64,000 nt of DNA. Origin: Botryllus schlosseri (taxonomy: Eukaryota). Numbering within the stretch: position 1 is the stretch's first letter; each line of letters begins with the position of its first letter. Position numbers and translations under genes: made by a program. Shown here piece by piece: positions 1-13,367 of the stretch. The notes under the pieces are model-generated. The model ran no database searches, was not told where the DNA came from, and saw only the letters and a list, made by a program, of their open reading frames with translations. The DNA is taken from assembly GCA_051294905.1 (NCBI GenBank), contig CM119371.1, positions 4,776,001-4,840,000 of the forward strand, given 5' to 3'.

Positions 1-1174
1 GCGCGTTCTGTATGTCATACATGCTCGTAAAATCGTAGCATACTACTCTAATACCAAAAATTAATCCCTTTTCATGGGTGAGGCTCGGGTTGCGAGATGC
101 CACAAAAAAATCAGATTTTGGTGGAGGTCTAAAAATCTGCTTCAAGGTTATGTTATGAATATTCAAGTTATATTGAAATAAAGAGTCGATCAAACAGTAT
201 CGTGACTTTGTTTGATCTTCTCACATACTCGCGAGACAGAAAATTGGATATCGAAAAAAAAAATACAGAACTCATGAGGAAGCAGCGTATCATAAGGTAG
301 CGAGCTCTAATATGCCTACTCTCCTTGACGGTGTTGGAGATTATTTTCCAAGACATCAGGCACAAGCCTCAACACAAACATGTGGATTTTTCACCCTTTC
401 GACAAACTGGAGCCGCCGGGACCCTTGTGTCCTCTCTCAAAAACGATTTCTGCCAGCAAGCGTCCTTCATTCGCGGAAAATACGCTGTATTTTGGATGGG
501 AGTGCAGAACAGTTCTTAAGGCCTGGCCATCCAAACACTGTGGCAGGCGTTATTGTGCAAGATCTGCCGAGAAGCGTTTTAGTGAAATAGCGGAAATCAA
601 ACGAGGGAAAAGAGTTGCCTTTTAATGAGACATAGTTCATGGCCTAACAGCTACGGTAGCCAATTTGTTGCACATCTGAACAGAATATTCTTATGTATCT
701 TCAATCTTCATCTTCATTTTGTATAGCAATTTTCGGTAGGCGTGTGCGAATGAAATTTATTTTCCCAAAAAGGTGCGAATGAAACTCAAAAAGGTTGAAA
801 AGCACTGCTTATGAGTATTCTGTACAAGTAGAAGTACTATTGTTACGGGCTGACTATGCTCACATGCGCTCAGTTGCATCCTTTCTAGTTTATTTAATGT
901 CCAAGTCCAGCAACGGCCGCAAAGTGGTTCAAATAAATGTGCTGAAGGTTTGGAAATATGTCTTGAGCTAGTTGCCATATTATTTCAAAATAGGTTGAAT
1001 ATATCGAGGTTATCGGTAGAGGTGCTACTTATCGGCATTGGCTCAAAAATAAGATATCTGTCGTGTCGGGCTCTAGTTATGAGAGAGACTCGAGTGCGAG
1101 ACCAGAAACGTAATACGATTCAGAATCCAATAAATCAGGAACTCGGTTTTGCCTAGAATTACGAAAAAGCTCAC

Positions 1175-1344
1175 TGTTGAAACTCAAGAGAGGACGCCTT
1201 TGCTGTAGTTGGTTTTCCGAAATTCTAGGCGCCATCGTCATGCAGGTTATGGGCAGTTTCTGAACAATGCAGCCGTTGAAATACTTGTTCGCCGGCATTT
1301 CCTTTACAGGGGTCGATTTCTAACATTCCAATGAGAAGATCACA
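1175..1344 (-). pseudogene. PLK1-like pseudo-exon, end of kinase domain ('E')
   Basis: Minus strand reads CDLLIGMLEIDPCK..MPANKYFNGCIVQKLPITCMTMAPRIS..RRPLLSFN, matching PLK1 [44 protein letters not shown]. It is frameshifted. GTGAG donor at 1174-1170; the 5' boundary is approximate. Confidence 0.8.
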
Positions 1345-2030
1345 TATATAAACAACATCAAAGATAGTACCCAACATTTTCATAACATTGTTTGTTAATC
1401 GGGATTTGTGAATTCAAACTATAATACCAATCAAGATTCGTATTTGGATAGAAATAGATTCAAGTATCAGATAAGCAGATTTGCAGACTTGGACAACTAG
1501 AATATTTTCAGCTTCTCTGAATTAGACTAGAATTAGCATTACAGATACAGAGTTAATTTCCATATTAGAATATAATTATCATGATATCTACACAGTTATT
1601 TCCAAATTAGATTAACCTTAGAATGATAGTTACACATTTTTTTCCGCATTAGATTAGAAATAGAATAAAAGCTACACAGTTTTTTATAAAAACTGATTTC
1701 GTGAACCTTTGGACATGGAATCAAGTTCAGTCCATATCAAACCAGAGTTAATTCTCATAAGCATGAGGATGACAAATGTTTGTACAGGAAGTTTGTCTCG
1801 TTTTGCGCTTCACAGTTCTCCTGTAGCAATTTCAGGAAAACCAGAAATTAGATCAGAATTGAGAGTATAGAAACATTTGCCATATTATAATTAGATTTCA
1901 GACATTCGCTCCAATTAGTTTTATTAGATAACTCTGCTACGATTATTTAGTTGCCAAAGTCTGACTATGACTATCTAAAAGTACTTCGTTACTGATCACC
2001 TCTGACCTAGTACAATGCAAGCAATCTTAC

Positions 2031-2156
2031 CATGATATCTCTGTGACTGACCTTTCAGTCATGAAGATAACCGGCTCCAACCACAATCTGTTGCATGAAA
2101 GAACGAGCTTCTGGTTCTGTGATGGAGCGCCATCTTTTGTGAACTTCCATCAGCGA
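2031..2156 (-). pseudogene. PLK1-like pseudo-exon 'B' (hinge to HRD)
   Basis: 126 bp between cag and gtaag. Translates SLMEVHKRWRSITEPEARSFMQQIVVGAGYLHD*KVSHRDIM, versus PLK1 [42 protein letters not shown]. Contains an in-frame stop. Confidence 0.9.
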
Positions 2157-3392
2157 CTGACAATATAAATTAAAGGTCATCCGATTGACAGGATGAAATA
2201 CCAATGCCATTTGCTGCAACATCTAAAGCAGTGGTTCTCAACCTTTCTAAGCTAGCGGGCCAGTAAAATCTAACAGCAAATTTTTTGAACAAATGAACCT
2301 TCCAAATTGAAAACTTCATTCCATGCTGCCTTTTTGATATTTGACTACCTGACTGATTTGAAATTGAATTGAGTAGTAGGCTCCGAGTCGAGTATTCGCG
2401 TATCACTTATTATGATGCCATACCAGTATGGTTGATGAGAAAATTCAAATATGTGGACTGCCTTTTACACTGCTACAAACAATATACTGCCAGTCCTACA
2501 TCTTATTAAACACAATTTGTTTATTTTCGACCATGCCTATTTCATTGCACTATGTTGTCAATGCTGTGATTGATCACGACGTCACAGACATATCATTTCT
2601 AATAACGTGTATAATTTTGTACTGTATACTTCATATGCCGTGATACTGCTAATTGAGGTTTACAGCATTCAACAGTGGAAAATAGTATCGAAACTATAAT
2701 TCTCATGGATAAATTCACTCCCAGTTAATCTCAGTTTGTTTTTAATCATTTCACCTCTTGTGGCATGGAGCGTATCATTTCAGCACTATAAAAAATCGTT
2801 TTCACTACCAGACTCTGATTATTATGATTTACTCAATTCAGATTCGAATACTCAATTCATTGTGACAAGCCCCTACTGGTCGAAATTGTGCAACTAGAGA
2901 ATTTTCAGCTGTTAGAAACTAGATTAGAATTACAATAATAGCTAAACACGTTTTTTTTCAAATTTGATTAGAATTACAGTGATAACTACACCCTACACAA
3001 GTCTTTCCACTTTAAATTATAATTATAATTACTCATTTATTCAAAGAAATTGTACAAAAATACGGTGTCAGTTCATATCACATCAGGGTTTCTTCTCATA
3101 AGCACGACAATAGCAAATGTCTGCACATGAAGCTTGGCTCGTTTCGTACGATACAGTTCTCGTGTAGCATTTTAGGAACACCAGACATTACATTAAAATT
3201 AAACTGCGGACGTACCGTAAACGCATTGACAAATCAAACTCTCACAAGATTACCAATATTTGGCTCCATTTAGGTTGATTAGACAAGAAGTATGTAGTTG
3301 TCCAAAGTCTGCCAGTAATGAACATTACAGAGCTGATGCAATTGCGCAACACTTTGAGAAACATTACAGTTGTATCAAGAAAATGCTTTTAC

Positions 3393-3532
3393 CCTTCTTT
3401 TGCACAACTCGCGAACGATGTCGACAAAATCCTCGTCTTGGAAAAATCCGTGAAATCCAACGACATGCTCGTGATTGGAACTGCGATGGAGACTCATCTC
3501 TCGGCACATTTTCTATTTCTGACGATCATTTC
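3393..3532 (-). pseudogene. PLK1-like pseudo-exon 'A' (alphaC to ELCKRR)
   Basis: [44 protein letters not shown] followed by a gtaa donor, versus PLK1 [44 protein letters not shown]. Confidence 0.9.
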
Positions 3533-4187
3533 CTGAAATCGAGACTCGTACAAATCACCAATCTAGTTCGGTGGCGAGAAACTAACTATGTCTTTCTCTG
3601 ACTAATTCTATTTCTAATTATTCTCTTTTTCTCTTGAGCTACTCTCTCGTTTCACCAGACAGCATTGTTGCCTCCCAATGTCAATCTCCATAACAATGAA
3701 AAATTCAAGGCTGTTTGCGGGAGTTCCAGGGCCACGAGCGGAATAAAATTAATAGTTTCGTACTCAGTGCAGAGTCAGCTTTCGATTGATACCCGTTTTA
3801 CCAAATTTGCTGCTCGGCAAGCCGTTCAAAAATGACTGTCAAATTGCCTGTAGCCAAATGGAAATTGTGACGCGATACAATTTCACTGAGGCGTGAGATT
3901 TTCCTGTGTCGACACCATATAGGACACTATGGTTATGCACTAAACAGTTCTCCTGTAGCATTTTCAGAAAAAAAACAGAAATTAGATTAAAATTACAATG
4001 GGAGAAACATTTGACAAATTAGATTGGAATTAGATTACCGGCATTTTGCGATTGCCATATCTAATGTGACTTCTAGAAATTTTTAGTTGACCAGATCCGT
4101 CACTAATGAACTGAGAGAACTGATGGAATTATGACCAACAGTGTAATACACACTAAATTTGTAAAAATAACAAGGAAAACCTTTTAC

Positions 4188-4336
4188 CCGTCTTTTGCAA
4201 ATTCGAGAACGATGTAGACAAAATCTTTGTATTCGAAAAATCCGTGAAATCCTACGACGTGCGTGTGATTCACAATGCTATGGAGAAGGACCTCTAGACA
4301 TATTTTGCCTTTATGATGCTCATTCACGAGTAGTAC
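4188..4336 (-). pseudogene. PLK1-like pseudo-exon 'A', second copy
   Basis: cag|[45 protein letters not shown](frameshift)CKRR|gtaa; 149 bp. Confidence 0.9.
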
Positions 4337-4417
4337 CTGAAATTCACACGACATTAATGCTTGTAATCAAAGCGCGACCCATTATAAGTGCGCCGAAAAT
4401 ATCGTACTGGGTACTGC

Positions 4418-5840
4418 GAAATATCAGTATCAGCCACGAGGGAAAAGATATCGGCAATGATGTCACAGCATGGTAGTAAGGAGTCAGAGAATTATCATAT
4501 GCGACTGTTACACTGGGAATATTAATATGTTTTTGTATTTTATAAGTGTCCGGATGCATCCTTTCTAATTTATTTCATGTCCTAGCATAGAAATGACTGT
4601 GAAGCCGCTCTATTTTTGAAATGTTATCAAGCTAGTAGAATATCGAAGTTATGGGCGAAGGTGCTATGGGTAACGGTTCTATCGGCATTGGCTTAAAATC
4701 CCATATTAGTCATACTCTAGCTATAATAAGCATTCAAGAATGGCAATTTACAATATTATCAAAAAATGGCATTGATGCATGCGACAAATATAATCAGTCG
4801 CCTACTGGGTACTGATATAAGACTTGAAGAGAAATATCGGTATCAGCCACGAGGGAAAATATATCGGCAATTTCCATGATGTCACAGCATGGTAGTAATG
4901 AGTCAGAGAACTATCATATGCGACTGCTACACTGGAAATATTAATATATTTTTATATCTTATAAGTGTCCGAATCAGGGCTGTGGAGTCGGAGTCTGGGT
5001 AATTTTCGCTTGATGGAGTCGGAGTCGTGAAAACTATAATAGCCGGAGTCGGAGGGAAAATAATGACTGGACTTGGACTCGGAGTTTGTGAGATTGACCC
5101 TGACTTCGACTCCGACTCCAACTTCTCTATCATGAAAACATTTGCTTTTAAAAAATTTTCAATATAATTTTTATGTACCACCAATCACTGTTATTAATAA
5201 ACATACAGATAAGGTGCGGCCAGCCCATGGCACGCAGGCTAAATTTGGCACACGAGAAGGTTAGGTGTGGCCTGCGAGGTAATTCTCGAAATTATTTATG
5301 AAATCAGGTACAATTGCTTGATTAAGTACATATAGAAAATATTCTTTTCTTTCACAAATCCATCAAATCGAACGACTTGTTTGTTGCTCAACCTGCTATG
5401 GAGACTGGTCTCTTGACACATTTTTTCTTTACGAGGCTTATTCCCTAGAAGTGCCTGAAATGAACGCCAGATTAATGCTTGCATTTATTGCCCTGCCCAT
5501 GATAGGTTTGCCAATAACACCGCATAGATATCACAAAACATATCGGCATCGGCTATGAGAGGCAAAAAATATCGATAATTTCTGCGCGGGCGCAACGTGG
5601 TCACAGACACCTCGCGACTGCTACACAGGAAATATTGATAGCCTCCTTATATCTTACAAGTGTCCATATGCAGACTTTCTAGTTTATTCCATGTCCAGGC
5701 ATAAAAATGACTGTGAAGCTGTTACATTTTTTAAAATATGGCATAATCTAGAAGAATATTGAGGTATCAATTTCATCGGTATTGGCTCAAAAATCCGAAG
5801 TCGGGCTAGCTCTAGTTATAAAAAGCATGTAGAAATGGCA
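4418..5840. repeat. Local direct repeats of an intronic module (three partial copies)
   Basis: 4418-4552 and ~4830-4971 are near-identical (atcagccacgagggaaaa..gatgtcacagcatggtagtaa..ataagtgtccg). A more diverged copy lies at ~5530-5840. Confidence 0.7.
4975..5120. mobile_element. Truncated hAT-like end with GGAGTC subterminal repeats
   Basis: Begins CAGGGCTGTGGAGTCGGAGTC, followed by several GGAGTC/GACTCC motifs. No partner end or TSD found. Confidence 0.5.
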
Positions 5841-7115
5841 AATTTCAAGTTCTTTCCCACATTTGTTTTCACAAGAGTATTTACAAAATTATATTAGTAC
5901 AGGTGAAAAATACATTAGCATTCACACATATTCTATAGTGCCAATAAAGACGACTCAATTTTGGCACATTTTAACAAGCGAAAGCTTGTTTTCTTCAGAT
6001 TTCAGTAAGTTTAATACATTTGGCAAATTCGCCTTTGCCAAGAAATGGACCTCGCTTGTATGGTTCCCAGTAGAGTCATCACACAATTAATTCAGAGATC
6101 TCTTTCGTACTTTTTCAGACATAATTGTGAAATCAAATCCAAATCAATCTGCGAAATGAAATATCGTAAATTGACATGCTGGCAGCAGATTTCCACAAAC
6201 TACTGGATGTTTAAACTCCACAAGTAAATCAGAACGAACGACATTTGAAAATCAGAAACTAACAAAAACACAACTCAATGGATTTGATTCCAAAGCAGCT
6301 CATTAATTATATTTTATCAGAATCAGATAGGCTTTCCACATGAGCATCAGTACAAAATTACTGAAGAATCAGACAGACAAAACTACCACTATACAGGATA
6401 AACTAAGCAATTACTAGCTAGCAATGACTAAAAGATCTTCAAGGAAACAAAAACTGATCACAGCGACATTCAAGAAATGTAGAAGTCTTGTTAAAAAATC
6501 TTGTACATCAATACTCAAAATATGTAGAACAATAGTTGTCTGTTTCATATTAGCCAGTGTTAATGCAATAGGTTGCATGAGTATCATAACATGCACATGA
6601 AAAATATGCGAGCTCATACAGAATGATAGCCAGAAAGATGTAGTAATACGTTCACTCTTCAAGGCAATCACTTAGCACTGCTAGCAGCGAAACAAAGCTG
6701 AGTTAGCTACATCATGCACGACTCAAATCACTCAAGTACTCGATCATGTCCAGCTCCAGTTGTTTACTTGAAATATACACAATTCGGCAACTCTACAAAT
6801 TTGCAACTCTTTCAGATTCGATTAGTCACCAAGTATGCCTTCTTACATTAGCAGATTGTTGATGTGACTGATCATGTTCTAGGCAAAAATGAGTTTTTCA
6901 TAGGAAGAATAACGGTACTGGAGGTTATTTCGAATTCTTCCGACCTTTTTTCACTTGATCGAGACTTATCAAACTTTCGAACTCATCTCAACATGTTAAT
7001 CATTGAGGATATGATGCTTGATGTTAACCGTTGCAGGAAGTTTCGCAATCATGATTTTTGATACCAGCATGTAGACGCATATAAAGATTGCAGTTAGTAA
7101 ATGCTTTTCCACATA

Positions 7116-7637
7116 CCGTAATTCAATGTGTATAATGCGCAAAATTTTACCGTTATTTGTCACAAAATTGGGGGATGTTCATTACGCATTGGTAAAAGTC
7201 TTCGTAATTTTCCATGTATAATGCGCAAAATCGTGAGATGCACATTAGGCATTGGTCTTTAAAAAAATCATGTGAAATAAAACTTGAAATCACACCTTTC
7301 TGCATGTTTGTTGTCAATCCCGCATCACATTCAGCTATCGTGCCAGTAATACGTATTATAAATGTTACACACTGGCAATTAGCAAGAACCATTGTGCTGC
7401 ACGCGCACTCTGGCATTCCTCGCTAATTTATAGCGTCAACGACAGGCCTGAACAACAGGACATGTGTGCAAGATATATTCGCTGGCCTGAACAATTGCAT
7501 CTCCAACATGCCTGGCTCGCACGATATAGGCCCAACTAATCGAATCTATGATAGGGATCTTGCACACGATATCGTTACTGGTCTTAACTATCGCGTCACA
7601 AGCCTCGTAGGGGCGTATTATATTGGAGAAATTACGG
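7116..7637. mobile_element. Tc1/mariner (pogo-like) MITE, family 'CCGTA'
   Basis: ta|CCGTAATT...AATTACGG|ga, inserted within a decayed zinc finger. It shares the internal aaacttgaaatcacacctttct..gtttgtt motif with the copies at 11232, 37924 and 63771. Confidence 0.7.
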
Positions 7638-8042
7638 GACATCACAATAATTAATTTTGATGCCAGCATGCATATCTATATTACGCTTGAGGGTAGCCTA
7701 CCCCTCTTAGTGAATACTTTAACACACAGCACATGTTTGATTTTTGATTCCAGCATGCATCTCCATAATTATGTTCTTTGACGTGGTCCTTCTGAGTGAA
7801 TGCTTTACCACATATATCACAAACATGATTTTCGATGCCAGTATGTTTATCCATATAACGCTTGATCACATATTATGATTTTTGATTCCAGCATGCATCT
7901 TCACATGTTCTTTGAGGTGGCCCTTATGAATGGATGCTTTACCATAAATATCAAAAACATGATTTTTGACTCCAGCATGGTTATCCATATGAAGCTTGAG
8001 GGTACCCTTCTAAGTGAATGCTTTACCACATATAGCACATTT

Positions 8043-9164
8043 CTAATTTTTGATACCAGCATGCATCTTAATATGTTCTTTGAGGTAGCCCGACCGAGTG
8101 AATGCTTTACCACACATATCACACATATGATTTTTGATCCCAGCATGCATATCCATATGACGCTTGAGGGTACCCTTCTCAGTGAATGCTTTACCACACA
8201 TAGCACATGTATGATTTTTTATTCCAGCATGCATATCCATATGAAGCTTGAGAGTACTCTTATGAGTGAATGCTTTACCACATATAGCACATTTATGATT
8301 TTTGATTCCAGCATGCATCTCCATATGTTCTTTTACGTGGCCCTTCTGAGCGAATGCTTTCCCACATATATCACACGCATGATTTTTGATCCCAGCATGC
8401 ATATCCATATGAAGCTTGAGGGTACCCTTCCCAGTGAATGATTTACCACACATAGCACATGTATGATTTTTTATTCCAGCATGCATATCCATATGAAGCT
8501 TGAGAGTACCCTTATGAGTGAATGCTTTACCACATATAGCACATTTATGATTTTTGATTCCAGCATGCTTATCCATATGTTCTTTTACGTGGCCCTTCTG
8601 AGTGAATACTTTACCACATATATCACAAACATGGTTTTTGATCCCAGCATGCATATCCATATGACGCTTGAGAGTACCCTTGTGAGTGAATGATCTACCA
8701 CATATAGCACATTTATGATTTTTGATCCCAGCATGCATATCCATATGACGCTTGAGTGTACCCTTGTGAGTGAATGATCTACCACATATAGCACATTTAT
8801 GATTTTTGATTCCAGCATGCATCTCCATATGCTCTTTTACGTGGCCCTTCTGAGTGAATGCTTTACCACATATATCACAAACATGATTTTTGATCGCAGC
8901 ATGCATCTCCATATGTTCTTTTACGTGGCCCTTCTGAGTGAATGCTTTACCACATATATCACAAACATGATTTTTGATCGCAGCATGCATCTCCAGATGT
9001 TCTTTTACGTGGCCCTTCTGAGTGAATGTTTTACCACATATATCACAAACATGATTTTTGATTCCAGCATGCTTATCCATGTGAAACTTGAGGGTACCCT
9101 TCTCAGTGAATGATTTCCCACACATATCACAAACATGATTGTTGATGCCAGCATGCATATCCAT
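8043..9164 (-). CDS. Residual open frame with 13 complete C2H2 fingers (HAGIKNH linkers)
   Basis: ORF track 8043..9170 (first ATG at 9164) has 28-aa/84-bp repeats C-x2-C-GK-x-F-x5-L/V-x2-H-x3-H. Whether it is expressed after the upstream hAT insertion is unknown. Confidence 0.5.
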   Translation of the reverse strand: MDMHAGINNHVCDMCGKSFTEKGTLKFHMDKHAGIKNHVCDICGKTFTQKGHVKEHLEMHAAIKNHVCDICGKAFTQKGHVKEHMEMHAAIKNHVCDICGKAFTQKGHVKEHMEMHAGIKNHKCAICGRSFTHKGTLKRHMDMHAGIKNHKCAICGRSFTHKGTLKRHMDMHAGIKNHVCDICGKVFTQKGHVKEHMDKHAGIKNHKCAICGKAFTHKGTLKLHMDMHAGIKNHTCAMCGKSFTGKGTLKLHMDMHAGIKNHACDICGKAFAQKGHVKEHMEMHAGIKNHKCAICGKAFTHKSTLKLHMDMHAGIKNHTCAMCGKAFTEKGTLKRHMDMHAGIKNHMCDMCGKAFTRSGYLKEHIKMHAGIKN

Positions 9165-9204
9165 ATGCAACTTCAGGGTACACTTCTGAGTGAATGCTTT
9201 ACCA

Positions 9205-10518
9205 CAGGGGTTCTCAACTTCCCTTGTATAACGGGCCGCATTTTAACGGCAAAAGAAGCTGCGGGCCGCAGAACGTAATTACCATGTATTTGTGGGCTAC
9301 TATGAAATTAAGGCTACTGTAGCCTATTTACCAGTCGTATGCGGGCCTTAACCCTTTCACGAAAGAACCGAATTCTCTGCTTCAAAGCGTGAACGAGCAA
9401 GTATAAAATTACGGTCACTTTTTCGTAACAGAGGCCATTTTCACATTGAGTTCTCAGTGATATAAGAAGAAGTCTGGCGTTCGGGTTCATTTCTGAGCAA
9501 ACCAATCAACCCTTCTCTTTTCATTCCATAGCGGGGGCCGCTTCCCCATTTGTCACATAAGTAAGCTTTGTCAAGTTGATGTTTTTCGCTGGTTACCCTC
9601 CCACGTTTGCCCAGCCAGCATTTCCTCTAGAAATATGCACCCAGATAATTAGCTGTGGAATGTCAGTGGAGTCGGTGAATTCGTCCAATGCTAGGCTAAA
9701 GTAATCTACGCGGAAACGTATTTCAGAACATGCGATAAAAGATCGACTGACATTGCTGTTACTCATTTGGTCACGGTTGAATCAGACAACTGTAGCTTCG
9801 AAATATGTCGGGTAATGTTTTCATTACTGTTAAGTTTCGGAAACAGCGAATACTCGCACAATTTTATTGAAATCACACCTTAGCTAGCAGATTTCTTGGG
9901 CTTAGCGATATTCCCAGCAATTTTGAACGATGTGTCTCCAACGTCGTCGGCAATTTTACAATGCTTCCAAATATGGATTGCTGGGCTTGACACCTAGCTG
10001 GCAACATTTTTCTAAGATCAGGTGATATGTATAACTCCAGACGAAACTCTCGTGGTATAATTTTAAGCTTCATCGCTTCAAAGCTTACGAAAACTGTTTT
10101 TCGACAAATATGACACATCGGATTTCCATTTATATCTGAGAAAGCAAATTCATTGTTCCACGCAGGGTTACAAACCAAGTGTTCGCCGTTTAATTTCCCA
10201 TTCCTAGTTCTTGTTTCTGATCAAACACTCTTTAATAAATTTACCACGTAGCGGGATTCTCTTTAACCAGAGTCCAACCGAATACAAATTCAAAACAATA
10301 ACAATCTAAACTTGAGCATATATCAAGAAACCAGAACACATCAAAAATGAGTAATCAAACGAAACGGAGACGGTGCGATAAGATAGCTAAGCAGCTAAAT
10401 TAATATGTAACAATATCGTGTCAGAAATAATTGCGTTCATGATGAAAGGTGTCGCGGGCCGCAAAATAAACCTCTGTGGGCCGCATGCGGCCCGCGGGCC
10501 GCGGGTTGAGAACCCCTG
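9205..10518 (-). mobile_element. hAT (Buster/Charlie-type) internally deleted transposon
   Basis: TIRs CAGGGGTTCTCAAC and a perfect 8-bp TSD CTTTACCA. Minus-strand transposase remnants: NPAWNNEFAFSDINGNPMCHIC, KLQLSDSTVT and YFSLALDEFTDSTDIPQLIIWV (first catalytic Asp region). A sister copy lies at 53204-54573. Confidence 0.93.
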
Positions 10519-12361
10519 CTTTACCACATACATCACATTCAACATTTCTGATGTCAGCATGCATAATAAGATGCTTGAGATTACTATTCCCAGTAAACGT
10601 TTTCCCATACATATCGAATCGGCGTTCTTTCAAGTGATCAACAGTTAATACTGGATCCACAGAATGCTTTTCTTCAAGACACTAGAGATGCGACCCGCAG
10701 ATTTTCATCATTTCAGCATATAAACGTTGTTCAATTATAGTATGGATACATCTGGAATGCACAAGAGAGTAGAACTATTTCAAACAAAGAGCATTATAAG
10801 ATTGTAGAAAGAGCAATCATGATACCGGGATAGAGTGCAACATACAAAACTATCGATAGCATGGAAATGACTTCAGAAATGAGAGAGTAGATTATGAACA
10901 TTGTAATGTACCGGTAGTCTTATTGTTTCATTTAGTAGGACATCATCAATAGAACTATTGGATTGGTATATCAAGTTTTGATCATTTTAGTAACAAATCA
11001 TTGATAACACAAGAAAAAAACACAATGACTAATGACAATAGCGCACTTCGGTGCATATTTGCAAATCAATTAGAGAAATTTTCCAAGAACCATCAAAATG
11101 TGTACCTGTGACCATGAACATTGAGCAGCTTCAATGAATTTGCCCTGAAGCAGTTTTTCAGTAATAAAGTTCACAATTAACAGTGCTGCTTTTTACTTTT
11201 ATATAGGTTGAAAAAAAATTTTTTCTAGCTACCGTACTTTTCCATGTCCAATGCGCAATATTTTCCTGATTTTTTGTCCAAAATCGGGAGTGGGTATTAT
11301 GCATGGCTACAGCAAGCCTCGAAAAAATCTTTTTCGAAATATAACTTGAAATCACACCTTTCTTCGTGTTTGTTTCAATTGCGCACCACATTCAGCCATA
11401 ACGCCCCGTAATTCGTATTATTAGTGTGACGTGTTGACAATTAGCGAGAAGCCTGTTGCCAATTACCGGTACTGTCTGCGCTGCACAACGGTTAGCGGAT
11501 CAACTGTTCAGTTGGTTGGCCGTTTGTACGCGACGAAATTAGGCCATTTGATTGCAGCACGCGCAGGGGCGTATCTAGTCGGGAAAAAACGGGGGGTACC
11601 TTTAGAATAGGGGGGTGTTTTTAAAAGGAGAGTTTGTTCCTAGTTCTAACCGATTGAGCAGCTTAAATGTATGCAGAAATGCAGATATTACCATGTTCAG
11701 ATAATCTTACTCTTGTTTGTGACTTCTTCATTCGCATATACAAAACTAAGTACAACTGAACATAACATTGTAACCCGTAAGCGAGGATAACAGCATAAAG
11801 AGAGACAGCAAGGTATCTTGACCTTAATTAACAAAGCGAGGATGTTATCACGAAAGTGCGCACCGATCATATTACAACACATTGGTAGATCTCTCCATTT
11901 TGCGCTCATGTACGAACACTCGAACAGTGAAGATACACAAATGAATGTTTTCGTTTGTGTCAATTGTTCAGCCTGTTTTTGCACATGATCTGGATTAATT
12001 TTGTTCTAAATCAATATGATATCTACTGCCTGCCATGATTTTGGGGTGTGGAGATGTTAAATACCAATTAACGCTTGAGCTTGTGCGATTACATCACGTG
12101 AATAACAGTGGCCCGGCGCAGGCTTAGGCTCGCATTCAAAATGCAGTCCTAAATGCGTTTGCGGTGCAAAAGTAACAATTCCGAACTGTCGGAACAAAGA
12201 CTATAGCTTCGCGTTATTACAACATTACGTTGAACATTGATGTAGAACTATCACGTGCCTCAATCGCATCTGTAATAGGTGTCGTGTGCAAGATGTCGCT
12301 GGCTTGAACTATCGCTTCGCGGGCCTCGCAGGCTTTGGCTATTATCTGCTATCGTTTAGAC

Positions 12362-13071
12362 CAGGGCCGGCCAACCCGTGGCCCGCGAGATGGTTTTGAG
12401 TGGCCCGCGAGGTAATTTCCGAAATTTCTAATATCATCAAAAATGGATTGAACAGATTTTGAGCTTGCTAGGCCAACCAAAAATATGATTAGTCTGGCCG
12501 CAATACTTGAGATGTAATGACTAAAATATCAGTTCAGACGCATTGACAGATCCATCAGCCATTCACATATTGGTACATCTTCGTACACTACAATAAAGCA
12601 GAATAATTTGCGATCGATTTATCAAAGGTAAAAATTTTCTACAAGCTTATTAGCGCAATATGTTGTCACTCGATTCCTTGTTTTTATATTGGTGCCCTTT
12701 TGTGAAAATGGAAGAACACCTAATGTATCAGATTGAGTCTAACTATATTCGCGATTACGAGGCAAAGTGTCGTTCAACATATGCGACCTTGTGTTTGCGC
12801 TCGCAGTAAGACCGTCCAACGTGAAACCTATAGGCACGAAATGACTGACGCATGTTGGTCACAGCTTTCGATATCGATAAGTCCATGCGCCGAATAGCCC
12901 AGTCCTCGCAAACTTAGCCCAGCGATATACAGCAGGCCCACAATAGAGCCAAGTGACAATATTATTGACCTATGAACTTCAAAAAATTTTCGCGCTTCGC
13001 GCGGATTGTCGCCCGCGCAAAAGTTCGTCAATCGAATGTGGCCCTTTGGCCGAAAAGGTTGGCCAGCCCTG
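12362..13071. mobile_element. hAT MITE
   Basis: TIRs CAGGGCCGGCCAAC / GTTGGCCAGCCCTG; TSD GTTTAGAC. Related end fragments lie at ~5210-5295 and ~14480-14661. Confidence 0.88.
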
Positions 13072-13079
13072 GTTTAGAC

Positions 13080-13367
13080 CAGTGGTTCCCAATCTTTCTG
13101 TAGACACTCCCCCTTGATGATAGTGAAAAATGTTGCGCCCCCCATATCGTCATATCACAGAATCCGACCGGGATGCTAGCAACCTCAACAGATGGCATGG
13201 AAGGTTATGACTGATGAGAGAATTAAAAAAATATGAAATTGGGTATATATATAGAGAAACACGCGCGAATAGGAGTTTAATTGCGCAGATCCCGATAATT
13301 ATTTCAGTTGACTGCTTCTTCGCACCCGCTTCAGATGCATTCACGCCCCCCAGATTGGGAACCACTG
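13080..13367. mobile_element. hAT MITE (288 bp)
   Basis: TIRs CAGTGGTTCCCAATC / GATTGGGAACCACTG; flanks GTTTAGAC / GTTTAGAG. An inverted sister copy lies at 46844-47129. Confidence 0.88.

Larger units (their letters stand above)
7040..10751 (-). pseudogene. Tandem C2H2 zinc-finger gene 1 (disrupted last exon)
   Basis: Acceptor ttccag| at 10753-10752. Removing the 9205-10518 insertion plus one TSD restores in-frame ..NVECDVCGK/AFTQKCTLKLHMDMH. A premature TAG at 8045-8043 replaces the linker His. Decayed fingers continue to ~7050 and are interrupted by a MITE at 7116-7637. Confidence 0.85.

Noticed and set aside
168..625. Overlapping short ORFs at the window start
   Set aside because: No recognisable motif in any frame. 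This is probably TE-internal DNA, since a hAT-like end GGTTGAAAAGCACTG lies at ~792-806.
7875..9113. Plus-strand and alternate-frame repetitive ORFs (MIFDSSMH...)
   Set aside because: Antisense or off-frame shadows of the minus-strand zinc-finger array.
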